Below are positions 1 through 12,900 of a DNA stretch of 64,000 bases, in pieces. Origin of the DNA: Blasia pusilla (taxonomy: Eukaryota). A model generated the notes under the pieces. The model was given only the letters and a program-made list of their open reading frames with translations. It did not search any database and was not told where the DNA came from. The position numbers were made by a program, and so were the translations under genes. The DNA is taken from the NCBI GenBank assembly GCA_050084515.1, contig CM114271.1, forward strand, positions 28,148,001 through 28,212,000. Direction: 5' to 3'. The stretch's first letter is position 1; every line of letters begins with the position of its first letter.

Positions 1-1173
1 ATAACCATCTTATTGGTGCAATGAAAATTCTAAACCCCTTACACATGCCTTCTAGACATGTGGGATTGAATAGCTGGGGATGTAAAGATTTAGATGATTT
101 GTGTGGTTTCTTTGGAGCTCAATTACCTCTTAGAGGTCAGTTGCAACTTGGTTTGATTAACTCTCCTATTGTGAAACAAGAGTTTCAGTCTTTCAAACTG
201 ATAGCTACTACAGAGTGGAAGGATCGCAACTTTAGGGACCTATGGGCTATGGTAAGTTGGAGTCCCTCTTTGCAATGTAAGTTTTCAAACTTGTTGATTT
301 TAGCAAATATTGCTAGAGTCCAATGTGTGAGTACTGCTATTTGCGAGAGAGCTTTCTCCATTCAAAATATGATCAAGAGCAAATCTCGCAATAGGTTGTC
401 TACAAAATACTTAGATGTTGTTTTGAGGATTTCCTTAGAAGGCCATTCCTCTGATTACGAGGACTTGTTGGGTGAGTCTGTTGTGTTATGGAAAAATTCT
501 GCTCATTTTAGATATATCTTTGCTAGTCCAGAAAAATATCTGTCTTCAGAGGTAGAAGGAGACAACACTGAATTTTCTATAAAGTAGGATGTTTTGATTT
601 AGATTTGTTGGTTTTGTAGGGCCCTTTTAGAATTCTTGGATCTTTGGGGCTCCAAGTATTGTAGAGGGGGAGGATCCTTTGCTCTCAACTGGTGGGAGGA
701 ACCAGGTTCAACTCCTGCCAAGGATATCTTACTAAATGATATGTGATTTACTACCAAGTGACATGAGGTCTTTGAATGTGAATTTTTTTAGAGTGTTGGA
801 AGTCAGGTTGCTTAGAATGTCGGAGTGATGATAGTGAATGAATGGGAAAGAGAGGACATTGCTTGCTGGCTGAAAATCTTCCGACCGTACTTGCTAGCCG
901 AAAATTAACCGACGAAAACTTCAACGGCCGGATTTTTCCCGGTGACTACAAAAAAAGCCGGAAACTCATTGGTGACCATGAATCGGGACGAAAATTCGGC
1001 ACGGAAATTTTTTAATTTTCGGAATTTCATGGATTAAAATGGAAATTTACCAGAAAATGAACCTGGATAATAAAAATTTCCAGTTAGAGCCGATGACTTC
1101 AGAAAAAAAACCGGGTAACTATATATATTACCAGTAATCGCCTGGCATCTTTAAAAAATCTCCCCGAACCCTG
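1..1173 (+). mobile_element. 3' end of a hAT DNA transposon (5' part lies outside the window)
   Basis: Transposase C-terminal ORF at 21-587, a CCG/CGG-rich subterminal zone at ~880-1170, and the end ...CTCCCCGAACCCTG at 1173 (reverse complement CAGGGTTCGGGGAG, a hAT-like CAGGG TIR). The following 8 nt, TAACAAAC, would be the right TSD. Confidence 0.6.
21..587 (+). CDS. hAT transposase C-terminal dimerisation domain (ZNF862-like type), 5'-partial
   Basis: Motif LANIARVQCVSTAICERAFSIQNMIKSKSRNRL matches the hATC consensus (S..CER.FS....K...RNRL). Confidence 0.8.
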   Translation: MKILNPLHMPSRHVGLNSWGCKDLDDLCGFFGAQLPLRGQLQLGLINSPIVKQEFQSFKLIATTEWKDRNFRDLWAMVSWSPSLQCKFSNLLILANIARVQCVSTAICERAFSIQNMIKSKSRNRLSTKYLDVVLRISLEGHSSDYEDLLGESVVLWKNSAHFRYIFASPEKYLSSEVEGDNTEFSIK

Positions 1174-2608
1174 TAACAAACACTCCAACTTACTTTCAAT
1201 TGCATCATGCAGCAACCATATTATTTCATCCAACCACCAGCTTTGAGAGCTATGTACATGTCTAAACAATTGTACCTTCTATAATTATTTTTTAAGGCTA
1301 CTCTATGTTGTCAATGATGTCCTTTTACCTTCTTCCAAAAATCTTTTAATGCACACCACTATGGCCTAACCTATCTTTAATCATCTTATTTAATCCACCC
1401 ACATCTTTTTTTCATCTTCACACATTCAATGCACGCTGATCCCTTATTATATGTTTCATGCTTCTAAACTCTTCTCAATTCTATCTTTTGCTTCCCATGC
1501 CTCCTATTCAAGTCTATTCTAGGCCGCACGCTTGTTGATAAAAACTAGGCGATATGCGCATGTTACGCCATTAAAAATCCATGGTACAATGGAATCAAGA
1601 TCGAGCCTTGATTCCACTGTACCGGCTTCTTTTGTAAAGGCTTCCGACAGAAATTAGAAATTTCTAAGACACGACCAAAGGCATCGGGGAAAAACCGGAT
1701 GCAAAATGTGATGTTCCAAAAACCAGCCGCTCTTCCATAAGTGTGTCGACAATTTTTCCAAGTTACCTTAGGTTTTCCGGTGAGCTTCCCGAGTACATTA
1801 ACCGAGCAAACGGGGATTGCCGATGAGGGTCGAGTATTTCCGGGGGCGAGCTACCCGGGCCCGTTTAGCCTTGTTATGGGACATCGGGGACTCGGGGCTG
1901 CCTTAAGGAATATAGAATAAGGATTAGGGTAAAACAATATTAGGGCAACGGGGTTGGGGCCCGCATGGATGGCGGCGCTGATGCGGGACTCAAGGGAGGC
2001 CTGGGAGGCTAGTCTGGATGACATATAGTCTCAGTCCCTCTCTCGTCGCGACTCATTTTTTTCCCCAACTTTTTCGTGTCCTTGGATTCTCGTCCCTCGT
2101 TTCTCTCAAGTCCAAACTTCCAAGTTTGAATTTTAGTTTTCCAGGATCGAGACTCCGTAGTCCGCACCATACACACAGCTTGGTTTAATCAGTTCTTTCG
2201 GAGTGCCATTGCTTATTTTTGTAATAGTTGTATGTGTTGCAAGTCTTGCAAGGTGTTCAGTATGGCCATTTTCGCAATGTTATGTGCGCCCCAAGCATGA
2301 GGCCATGCGTACTTAGGTGTTGGCACATGAAGTCTGAAAGCGTCCTTGGTCACTTGCAGTATACTTACATCCGTTTGTGAGAATGTGACTACATGGTGCG
2401 GCCACCGGAGTCCTGAAATCAGTGACTTCGTACTAAACTGCTGCTATACTCTAGCTCGTTGTGACTATTTTAGTTGCGCTACGAACTCCATGAGCACCCT
2501 ACTTTGACACAAATTGGCGTTGTGGCCAGGCTATGATCAATCTCTTTCGGACAGATTATTTCATGGCAGAAACATGCTTCATTTTTTCATTCTCTGGTCT
2601 CTGAATGT

Positions 2609-2680
2609 TTCTGAAATCAGAGTTTGTTTGAATAACATCATCTTTCTGAAATCAGAGTTTGTATGAATTACAACATCAAT
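2609..2680. repeat. short tandem duplication (~35 bp unit)
   Basis: TTTCTGAAATCAGAGTTTGT(T/A)TGAAT..AACATCA occurs twice in tandem. Confidence 0.7.
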
Positions 2681-3925
2681 GTATAACATAACAAATCTAG
2701 TGCGCAATGATAACATGTATTAGTTTTGTAGTACAAAAATTACTTTTAGATAGAGTTAGACTAAGTTCCATTTATGGACTGAAGGTGAATGAATCCACGG
2801 ACATATTGGTGACAGGACATTGCCTTTATCACTTACGTTGATGAAGGTCAAGTGTTGCCCTCATTGTTAGGATTGATTTGAGTTGATAACAAGGACGCCA
2901 AGTCTATTTCAGAGTGTATTGTATCCTTACTTGGGAATGGGGGGAATTTCCTTCAGGGAAAGAATACAATATGTACATGTTACAAGAGGCCATCACCAAC
3001 AATCCTTGATAGCTTACAGCAAAGCAATCGAGAATTCATTGTGTGAGTGCTTATAATTAACAATAGAAACACTCATCAGACTTGACAGTGAAATTCAGGC
3101 TGCAATGCAACTAGGCTTATGTATACTTTTCTCTACATATCTTCTCAGCAGCTAACTGCTCCTTCCAACATAGAACAAAAGTCTCAAAAACCCCCATTAA
3201 ACACAAAAGGAGTACCAACTGTACTCCGCACTTCCTGTCAAAAATTACTACCTTTCCGTGATGAGCAGAACTTATAGAGAGCACAGATTACCAATGAAAA
3301 AACCAAGAATCAATCCAAAAATACTCCGCAGGTAACTCATGCGCACTTGATTTCTTCTGCAAAGATCAAGTCCCCACAACAAAAGTTTGAGGTTGGTAAA
3401 GAAAACCACCACTCTCAACGAAGGAACTCAATACCACAGTGAATGCTCTAAGCTCCACTTGCACAAGTTTTGTCATGCTCAGGCACAGAAAGCTATGTAG
3501 AAATATATCATGATTTTTCAAATGACCATACCTCAATGAGTTGACAATGGATGTCAGTGGAAATGCCTTCCCAAATCTCTTCCAGAACTCTCCTTCTATG
3601 TCGACTTCATGACCTAATGTAGCCCTTTTTGTCCCTGCTTCCAGCCACCAATAATCTTGATCTACACCTCGTCCTTTCACTAACTGGTTGAAACTAAAGG
3701 AAAGGGTCGAGTAAAATGCCTCGCTATCATTCACTACAGGAGTGAAAAAACACATATAACGTCCTCATAAGAAGAGGGCATGCATGCCTAATTAGATATG
3801 CAAGTGGCAGTAAGGCCACATAACCCCTTACCCAAAGGAACATACTCATGAGTGGCACAGGACTTAAAAACAGACACCAAAAATCCTGCATAGTTACATT
3901 GCAGTATCCCCATTTTATAACTAGT

Positions 3926-6900
3926 TCAAGTTTGTCCCATCACAGACCCAAGTGCATTAGCTTCTTGGGGAGAAAGGGCACTGAGAAGAGACTGCATTTG
4001 CTCTCTGTACTGTGCCCACAACTGAGTAACTGCTTGACCAATCACTGCCTTTACTTCGGATTTGACTTCTTCTGATGACACAACCTGTGCAAACACAGGC
4101 ACCAATTGTGGTACCAGGTGAAGAATCTACATAGCACAAAACAATCCAATCAGCATCTTCATACTTCATCCATTATCAAGTTTTGTTATTAATGAACCAA
4201 ATTCTGAAAATGTATCAATGATAAAAGGTTCTTTTACATCCAATCTCTCAAGTGTAAGGTAGTTTACACAGACGATTATCAGAGTCTCTATGGCGAACAT
4301 TCTGACACCTGACTGAAGCTCGTATTCAATGAGTGTTATGAATGCTGTCTATTGTGATATCTGTGGGAACTCACCTCAGGATTAGATGCAAAGATAAGTC
4401 CACACAAGGAACCATAAACACTTTCTGATTCCTCAATATCCTCTTTCAAAGGCAGGTTTCTCAGCAGTGCAGGTAAAACCTGTTCAGAACACAGACATGA
4501 AGTAAACCTTTGAGGATCCTAGAAAGACAATTCTTTCGACCTATTTAGCTTGGGACCTAAATTATCAGAGTAAAAAAGCAACCTAAACAAAAGGGCTAAC
4601 CTTACGAAAATTTCTTCCAACACTGAAACTTTCCATAGCAGAGACGAGGTTCACCTGATTCAGTGGAACAGCTTGTGGATGTGCAGTGATCATGCGTGCA
4701 ACAGCACCAGCCGCATTATCCCTTACTCCATCATCAGTCTCAAGGTCACTGAAAAGAGGATGTAGCCCTACTAGAATACTCTGGTAGTACCTGGTTAAAA
4801 GCTAAGGAGACTCCGCGGAGATTTGATTATGAATATTACAATACAGCTGCAATTTTGGAGAAACAGCAGAACTCATGGAAATCAACAGGATACTGTAAGG
4901 CTTTCTCTCCACCATGTTGACATAGCTCCCCTACACAATAAGCTGCATTTCGACGATTTGTGGGCTCAGTTGAAGAAAGTTCCTTCAGCGCTATGGGCAT
5001 TACCATCTGCAGTATCATTCCAGAATCCTTTTCAATTCAAGTACAGTAAGAAGAAAAAATGTACGTCCAAATGATCTGTGCTGGAATAAATACTTCTACC
5101 CACGACCAAGAACCACAAAATCTCTCTAAAGAAAATCATTTTACCACGTATCCCACTTACATCAACATAGGGCACAATCGCATCACCTATCTCTTTGGCA
5201 ACCTCAGCTACACAGGCTACAGCCATTGTCCTGTCATTGGCTGGGCGTGCATGACCCTACATGCACAGCAACCAGATAAGTTTTTTCATTTTATCTGGAG
5301 TTAGATCCAGCTCATACTTCCAAGACAATAGTTCTCAGCTAATACTTGACTACCTGGTCTCTTCTGCAACTCACATCAAAGTCAATTACCATATTCAAGT
5401 CAGTCCACACCCATCATCTGTAGGGTCCTTCTTACCCTGAAGAAACCAAAATACTGACTTCTCTTTCAGACCTGAAAGCAAGGAGGTCACCAACTAACCG
5501 CGAATTTCATTAGTGGTTCATAGAACTGGCGGAAGAGTGGCTCAAAGGCTGCCCCCATGCATGATCCCATAGCCGGCAGAAGGTCAGTGACAGCATCCAT
5601 CAGGATATCGTCATGTTCAAGATCATCCTCATCCCCGTCACTGTCAGTATCACCTGTTTCCTGACAAACAGCTTCCTGTCGAAGAAGCATCAGTGTAGCA
5701 TCTGACAACCTTCCAATGTCTGCGTGCCAGCGTGCTCAGTCAGATACTAACTCAAACTAAATACATGTCCTTTACCCTGAATCAACATACCAAATGCCAA
5801 ACTGTCCATAGTTTGATATGCAAAAAAATTGACTGCGGCTCTGCTAACTGTTCAAAATTTCAATTCAACTTGCACTGTTCCAAATATACATGACATAGTG
5901 ACATCTACGTTCACTACCCTCTGGTTTAGAAATATAATGAACAGAACTTAAGTTTCACAATCCACAGTACTCCTATTCCTCTCAATCACACATAATGAAA
6001 TGATATGGGCAAGTGACAACAAAAGAAACACATCATATTCCAGATACAATCATGTAGACTCGCAGAAATAGCTTACAATGCTGTACTGATTCATATGGAA
6101 CAGACTTGATCACATCAACAATTGAAGAACACACTTGGGAAACTGTGTCCTTGTCATCATCCTCATTCAATGCCCTTAAATACAGCTCCATCACCGTATC
6201 TGTTCCACAATCCAGAAACCATAAACTCTGAATGAGTAATGTCGGTTTCAAAAACTGCACAACTTGAATGAGGAATGGAAACTTAAATGTTCAGTTACAT
6301 AACTCATGCATACCTAGGACATGCTTTGTCTCAGGGGATATATTCTGCACAAAACATACATCACCAATTCAAAGGTGAGTGAAATGTACTTTCATGACGG
6401 CACACTCTAAGTCATTTTCATTGACAGGATGCAAGTCCACCCACTAAAATTCCCAACCCAACTAAGGAGATAAACATGCCAGTGAGATAAACATGTCCAT
6501 GAAGCTCCCAAAGCCATTTTGTACCAGATCCTTGGTCAGATTGACTTGCATGAAGTCAATCTTCTAACAGAAGTTTGTTTTGGACTAAGCTCAACTGTAC
6601 ATGTTGGGTGCAATGGCGTCTATGACAAGCACACCTTTTAGGCTACATCCACTGGGATTCCCAGCTTGTTCAAATTACCCCAGGTTCCGAAACAATGCTT
6701 CTATACAGCACTTTCTTGAGATCAAACGGGTTCCCGATCTGAATATTGTATACAAAAATACTAGGCATCAGAAGATAGGTCAAGTGAGAAGTCTCACATT
6801 CTCATGACTGGGGAAAGCAATTTGTGTTGCTGTTAAGATATCTGCAAAGAGGACACGCAAAAGTTGAGTTTTCATGTGTCCAGCTAATTAAGGACGTGGT

Positions 6901-9900
6901 ATTTTTCCTATCACTTAAGACTCACTTGAGACATTTAATTCTTCAAAAGTGATTTGCCATGAATGACCCTCCCATGGCACCCAGGGATCAAAGCACTGGA
7001 AAATTGTCCAACCAGCCTTCCCGTGCGAGTCCACACGCATATTACCTTGTTCATGTTCCCTTGCAAAACACTCTTGAATTTGTAGACTGTAACAGTATTC
7101 GTTTGCATGACTATGATGTAAGATATGTCATTTCCATGTCAACAGCAGGTCTACTGTATGAGAGAGAAGCTGGAAGGCCCACTGACATGGGTAATTTGCA
7201 TAATTGATAGACCAGTATGCCTACAAAGTCAGACACACAAGCTTGCAATATTATGCACTAGAACTACTAGGATGTAAGATATGTCCCTTTCATGTCACCA
7301 GCAGGTCTAATGTATGACAGAAAAGCTGGAGCTTTAAAAGACCCACTGATGTGGGTAATCTTGCATAATTGATAGACCAGTATGCCTACAAAGTCAGACA
7401 CACAAGCTTGCAATATTATGCACTAGAACTGAACCATAAATTAGGGACTCCTCCTGTCTTCTATTTGTGTTGTCACCACTTGAGATGTTCTATATCTCCA
7501 TCTTCAAAGAGCAACTAAATCCAGTTGGTACACAATAATTAAGAAATCAAGTGAGAAAAAGGAACACTTTAAACTCTACACTAATAATCAAGTGAGAAAT
7601 GCACTTACGTTGAAGAGCAATCATAGCCTGAAGTCGAACATCTTCATGAAAGTAACCAGAGTGTTTTTTCAACACCTTGAGGGTGTCTTCCATATACCTG
7701 AGGAGTGATGTAAGGGTGGTACTTGAAATTCAAACGTAGAGCATCACTGGACAGGTTGGTCAAAAACTTGCTCACATTCCACAACCTTAGCAAGATTTCA
7801 AATTTTTCAAGGAAACTCTGTTTAAATTTTCTGGCTTCACACAAAACTAAACCCTTCAGTCTCACAAAAACAGCTCTCATCATTCTCCAAAGCAATCTTA
7901 TCACTCAGAAAGAGTGTCTCCGGTGCGCCAACAGACTCATCAAACTCAATACAGAGTGACAACATACTGAGCCATAGAATAGACCCAATATCAAACATCA
8001 ACACAAAATGGAGAATCTAAGTTTGCCATGAGATCTACCTATCAGTAACAAAGGAATAGCATGCTCAAAGATACGGCATAAAAGCTTGTTTCGTATAAAG
8101 TGCATATAGACCAAGGGCCTGGGTTGCAGCAGCTTTTTCATCCAAGACCCCTGTTCTTACACTAATGTTGCGGAAACGTTTGTCAGCCGACTCATTCTCA
8201 TCATCAGATGACAGGGCACCAAGTCCATTTGACATATCAGCTTCTCCATCTGAATCACCAAAGTCTAATGCTGTCCCATCATCCAAGTTGCACGACGCCA
8301 GGGCCAGGGGAACCATCCGAGGAAGATACTGACATCCAAGTAAAAAACAGAGATGCACTGTTCAAATTCATGTCTATCAGTTACTAGGGCTTCCACAGCT
8401 TTCCAACTGAATGCAACTCTGCACAAATTGAGGTTCAACCACAGTAGATAACTACTTGTGCCTGCTTTATTCTTCTGACAATCTGTAAATCTAACCAAAC
8501 ACATCTCTCATCTAAAGTGGATGTTTCTCATTTTTATTCTCCCACCCCTGTACATTTACAAAACCTAGAGCTGCTCTCTTGCCAATAGACCTATAGTTCT
8601 GCAATCCTGTCACATAATGGAAACAGCATCTTACAACACCCCTCACATGTACAATATTTCATGACAAGACCAAAAGCTCTTTCTTAAAAAGGCAATACAC
8701 ACGAGGATCAATCTCTGCAAGAACTTACTGGCACCAGGTTTTCTTCCAGAATTTCTGCTGCATTGCTGAAAAACCCGTGGGAATACTCCCGCAACTCACT
8801 AAACTCCAGGGAAAATCCCTGCAAAATGGAACAAAAATTAGGCAGGGAAACGTATCAAGGTTGCCTTGATTCTCCAGATCTCTTATTCAAATAAGTCAAA
8901 AGATTCAGATGCCTCCCTCCCATGAGAGAATATCTTTCTGATAGAGATTGGAACTCCATGACTTCATCAAACTCAGAACTAAAAGCAACAGTCTGAAGGT
9001 CAAATGCCGAGACACACATTCAATTTTTCTAACCCACATGTCAATCGAGGCAGATTTGGGTCTCCCAGTGAACACCAGAAGCAGCTGAAAAGCTCCCCTA
9101 GCATGGATGACAATTTCTTCACTTGCACCCAGCACCCTTTTGGTGTACACACAAGGAAACTGGCAGGGTGGAACTACTCTGGACTGCTATTTCCCTTGGT
9201 AGGAAGAGAGCTAAGATGGCTGCCCCGACAGGAAGTCCAGGTAGTGCAGAGTATCACTACCTTACATCAACTGCAGACACTTAAGATCAGGTACAAATGG
9301 TTACACCAGGTTCAACAACAGACATAGAAGAGGTGACTAAACCAAAAGTAGAGAACTGGGACCAATCCAACCAGCCAGACCAATATGAAGCTTACAAAGC
9401 AAATCCACTTTAACTAACTCTCATTCTCTTATATTAAAGATTATTCAAATTTCCTCCACATCAGAAAATGGACTACATTGTGATGATGGTTAGACAGACA
9501 TAACATTTGAGATACCAGTCGGCCCACCAGTGTCGTGCATGATGAAAACACATAATTCCTTCCACATCATTTTGAAAAAATTCCAACCCCTGTTGATTTC
9601 CAGCCTCCTTCCCCACATTTTTCTTTCTTCTTAAAACTGCCCAGTTTCCATCAACCAAAACTCCTCAAACTCCAAATAGAACTTCCACAAAATTAATGTC
9701 TTGACTCAATTCTTACTTTTACAACTCCAACCCACCTCTTCTAAGCTTCTCCGAAAGAAACATTTTCATCCCAATAGGACCCATCTGCTCATTTCAAGGA
9801 ATTGAAGAATAATTTTTTCTCCCCTTCATTCTGTGAAGAAATAGGTAGAGGATTTTCTACCATTACACAGGTAGACAGACAACAACATCTTATCAAACAT

Positions 9901-12900
9901 TGATGATTTACATCATGACTAAAGCACCAAAGAAGAAGTCTTTTTGTCAGCTTTTAGATCTTCTAAGAAACCAAATACCTTCCCTGACTGCATCACTCCT
10001 CACCTTAAGAACCACCAAATTACTGTAGTATAACCGATTGATGTATAGGTAGTCTATGAAGTGAGTTAGTTCAGGGCATGTAAATTCGATCATCACACTG
10101 AATTGTTTATGTTTGTTTCTTTGGCAGAAATGTGTCATAAGTTACCCAAAGGAAAAGAACTAAGGTGAAATATGATTTAATGAACACTCTATGAATTCTT
10201 CCCACAATCCCAGAGCTGTCTTTCAAATCATCTTCTACGATCAACGGCCCAGATAGGTCCAGATACAAATATATTAGATGATACGGTCATGCGACAAAAA
10301 ACTACCACGAAGAGTGGGGAACATACCCCAAGGGCCGCTTCGATAAAACTTGGAAGCACAGACTCGATGTAAGGCCTTCCAACTGCTAATCCAACAATGC
10401 CAACCAGTTCAGTTGCGCGGGCACGAACAGGAAGATCCTCGTCTTTAGTACAAACCATGAAGTTTTGCAAAATATGCAGAACTTGCTCCACATACGGCAC
10501 AAAGGCCGACTCTGCTGCAGCTGCAGCTGACCCAATTGCAGACTGCACACAGGTTTCAAGAAAACTTCATGAACTGCTGTCATGCAACAATTCACGGCTG
10601 ACCACAAAAACAAAGCTATTATCTAGAGTCATCCTAACAGACAAGAATTGAGACTTCAAAACCATGCACAGGATGATTGACAGCACTACATATACAAACT
10701 ACTAGAGAACAGGACCTTTCACCTAGCCATGCCTGATCAGGAAAAGTGTCCCTTAATCACATATATCCTTCCGCCAGCCAATCCAAAGACTTCACAGTTT
10801 TAGTATCTGACATACAGCTGCACTCCTGTGGGCACCGAGTTCAAAGGATGTAAATTTCTAAACTTGATACATACCATGCATGTTTCCTGAAGATCTCGAC
10901 GATTGCTCTGCAGTGCCTCCAACAGTTTTTCCATGAGGGGACCCAAATAGGGAAGAATCTCTTCCTTCAAATTCTCACAAAATGCAGCCAAAGCATAGTA
11001 AGCCTTTTCCTGTAACAACAACAGAATAATTAAAACTAAATAAAAGCCATGAACCAAAGGATCAAAAGTTTGTGCTTCAGTGTCATAATAGAACTAAACA
11101 AGGAAGGGAACTTTACACTTGAACCACAGAAAAGGAGAGGGAAATTTCCTGTCCTCAACTGAGAGGTAAGTCCTAACTCAGACGGACGCCAGAAACCAAT
11201 CCATTTAGAACCACTGCAATCTCAGATTCAGACGCATCTTTTGACCTTGAAGTGTTGGTCAGACCTGGTGGTCCCTTCAACCTACACTGAAAAGTTCAAT
11301 TACGAAGGGACACAATTTCTGGGATTGGCCGTATCAACTCTGATACTCTCTTCATTAAGACATACACTTGTCAAGGCTATGTGCTCCCGAAAAGTACTAT
11401 TGACAGGACTAAACTCAACTCAGACTACATTCACACAAGTGGTCTCAACATCCACAAACATCTCATAGACATTAAATATTACTCACTTGCACTTCTGGTG
11501 ACGAGTCATTTAGGACCTCAAAAATACTGGGCAGAACCCTCTCATAATGCTCCGCAACCTCTGGTTGTAGATGTTCAGCAAACTGCCCCAATGCAAAGCT
11601 GGCTGCCCCTCGTACCAACTGTTCAGTATCTTTCAGGGCTTGAAGTACTAAAGTCAAAACAACCTCCAACTTACCTTTCATGGCTTCATAGCAACCTTCA
11701 GATATGACCCCCAAAGCCATCACTGCTGCCTCTCGCCAATTGAAGTCCACGTTTTGAATATTGGCAACAGCAAAGTTGAGGACAGAAGGAAAAACATGCT
11801 TCTTGGGGAGGCTCATTGCCATGGTATCCAAGACTTCTGCAGCAGCCCGATCAGAAGAAACATCGTCCTCACTATGCCTTGCGTTAGGTTCAGCTAGAAT
11901 AGGACACATCACAGTGAGAATCGGAGTGACTAACTTATGCTTGACCAGAGTTTTGGGTTTGTACTTCGCAAGCCAGGAGACAATCTGGATAGCCTGCATG
12001 TAAAAATCATTTTACAGAGTGAGTAATGACAACATGACATAGACTACTCTCAGCAAGTTTTCCTTGACTTGGACCCACTCCTTAGCACCCAAGAAAATTT
12101 AAGAGCCTAAAATGCGTTTACAGTTCAAAATTACCTGATACCGTGTGTTTGCCTCCAACGACTTGTTGGAACATACTTCCAAAGCAAACTGCACAATCAC
12201 TGGAATTGTGGGGCCAAGCAGTGGAGCAGGTGATTCCACAAGCTCATCAAAAATCTCAAATGCTAATATGGCCACGTCCTCATCACCACTTTCTAAACAC
12301 TGGCGAGAAACATTCAATATGGGTGCAATGAGCTCCCGGAACATCATCTGCAAGAAGAGCTACAGAATTAGTATAACTTGGAACAGAAAAGACTATCACT
12401 CAAATCATGGCCTTCCGAATACATTCTGGTGGTGAAAAAGGTACTGACATCAATGATATACCAGGAAACACATAAGTGTAGAAATGGCCTACATGAAGAC
12501 ACCTACCCAGTAGATCTACTGGAAGCACAATCACAAGAGAATAGTACAACAAACACCACATTTTATCATCAATGCCACAATTCTTCAGCTGGAGTAAAGA
12601 AACTTGTAATCCACATCATTGTATCAAAGAGGAGGCAGACTCACAACTTCTTGCTCAGTTTGAATATAGCCTACAAGAGCCCCAACTGCTCTGCACCAGA
12701 ACAGTCACAATAATCAATGGTCAGAAATGTACTTTTACAGAAAATATATCTCAACATGCAAAACCTTGACAAATGAAAGTAAGACCTTAGGAACAAAGGA
12801 AGACTTTGGAGCATATTTGGTAAATTTGCATGCAGACCACTCCAACAATCATCCAAGATTTACACATTAATTTGAGAATAACTGACAGGAAATATTTCCG

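Noticed and set aside
3366-3755. 129-aa ORF downstream of importin-4
   Set aside because: No recognisable motif and a non-ATG start; probably 3' UTR or retroelement debris.
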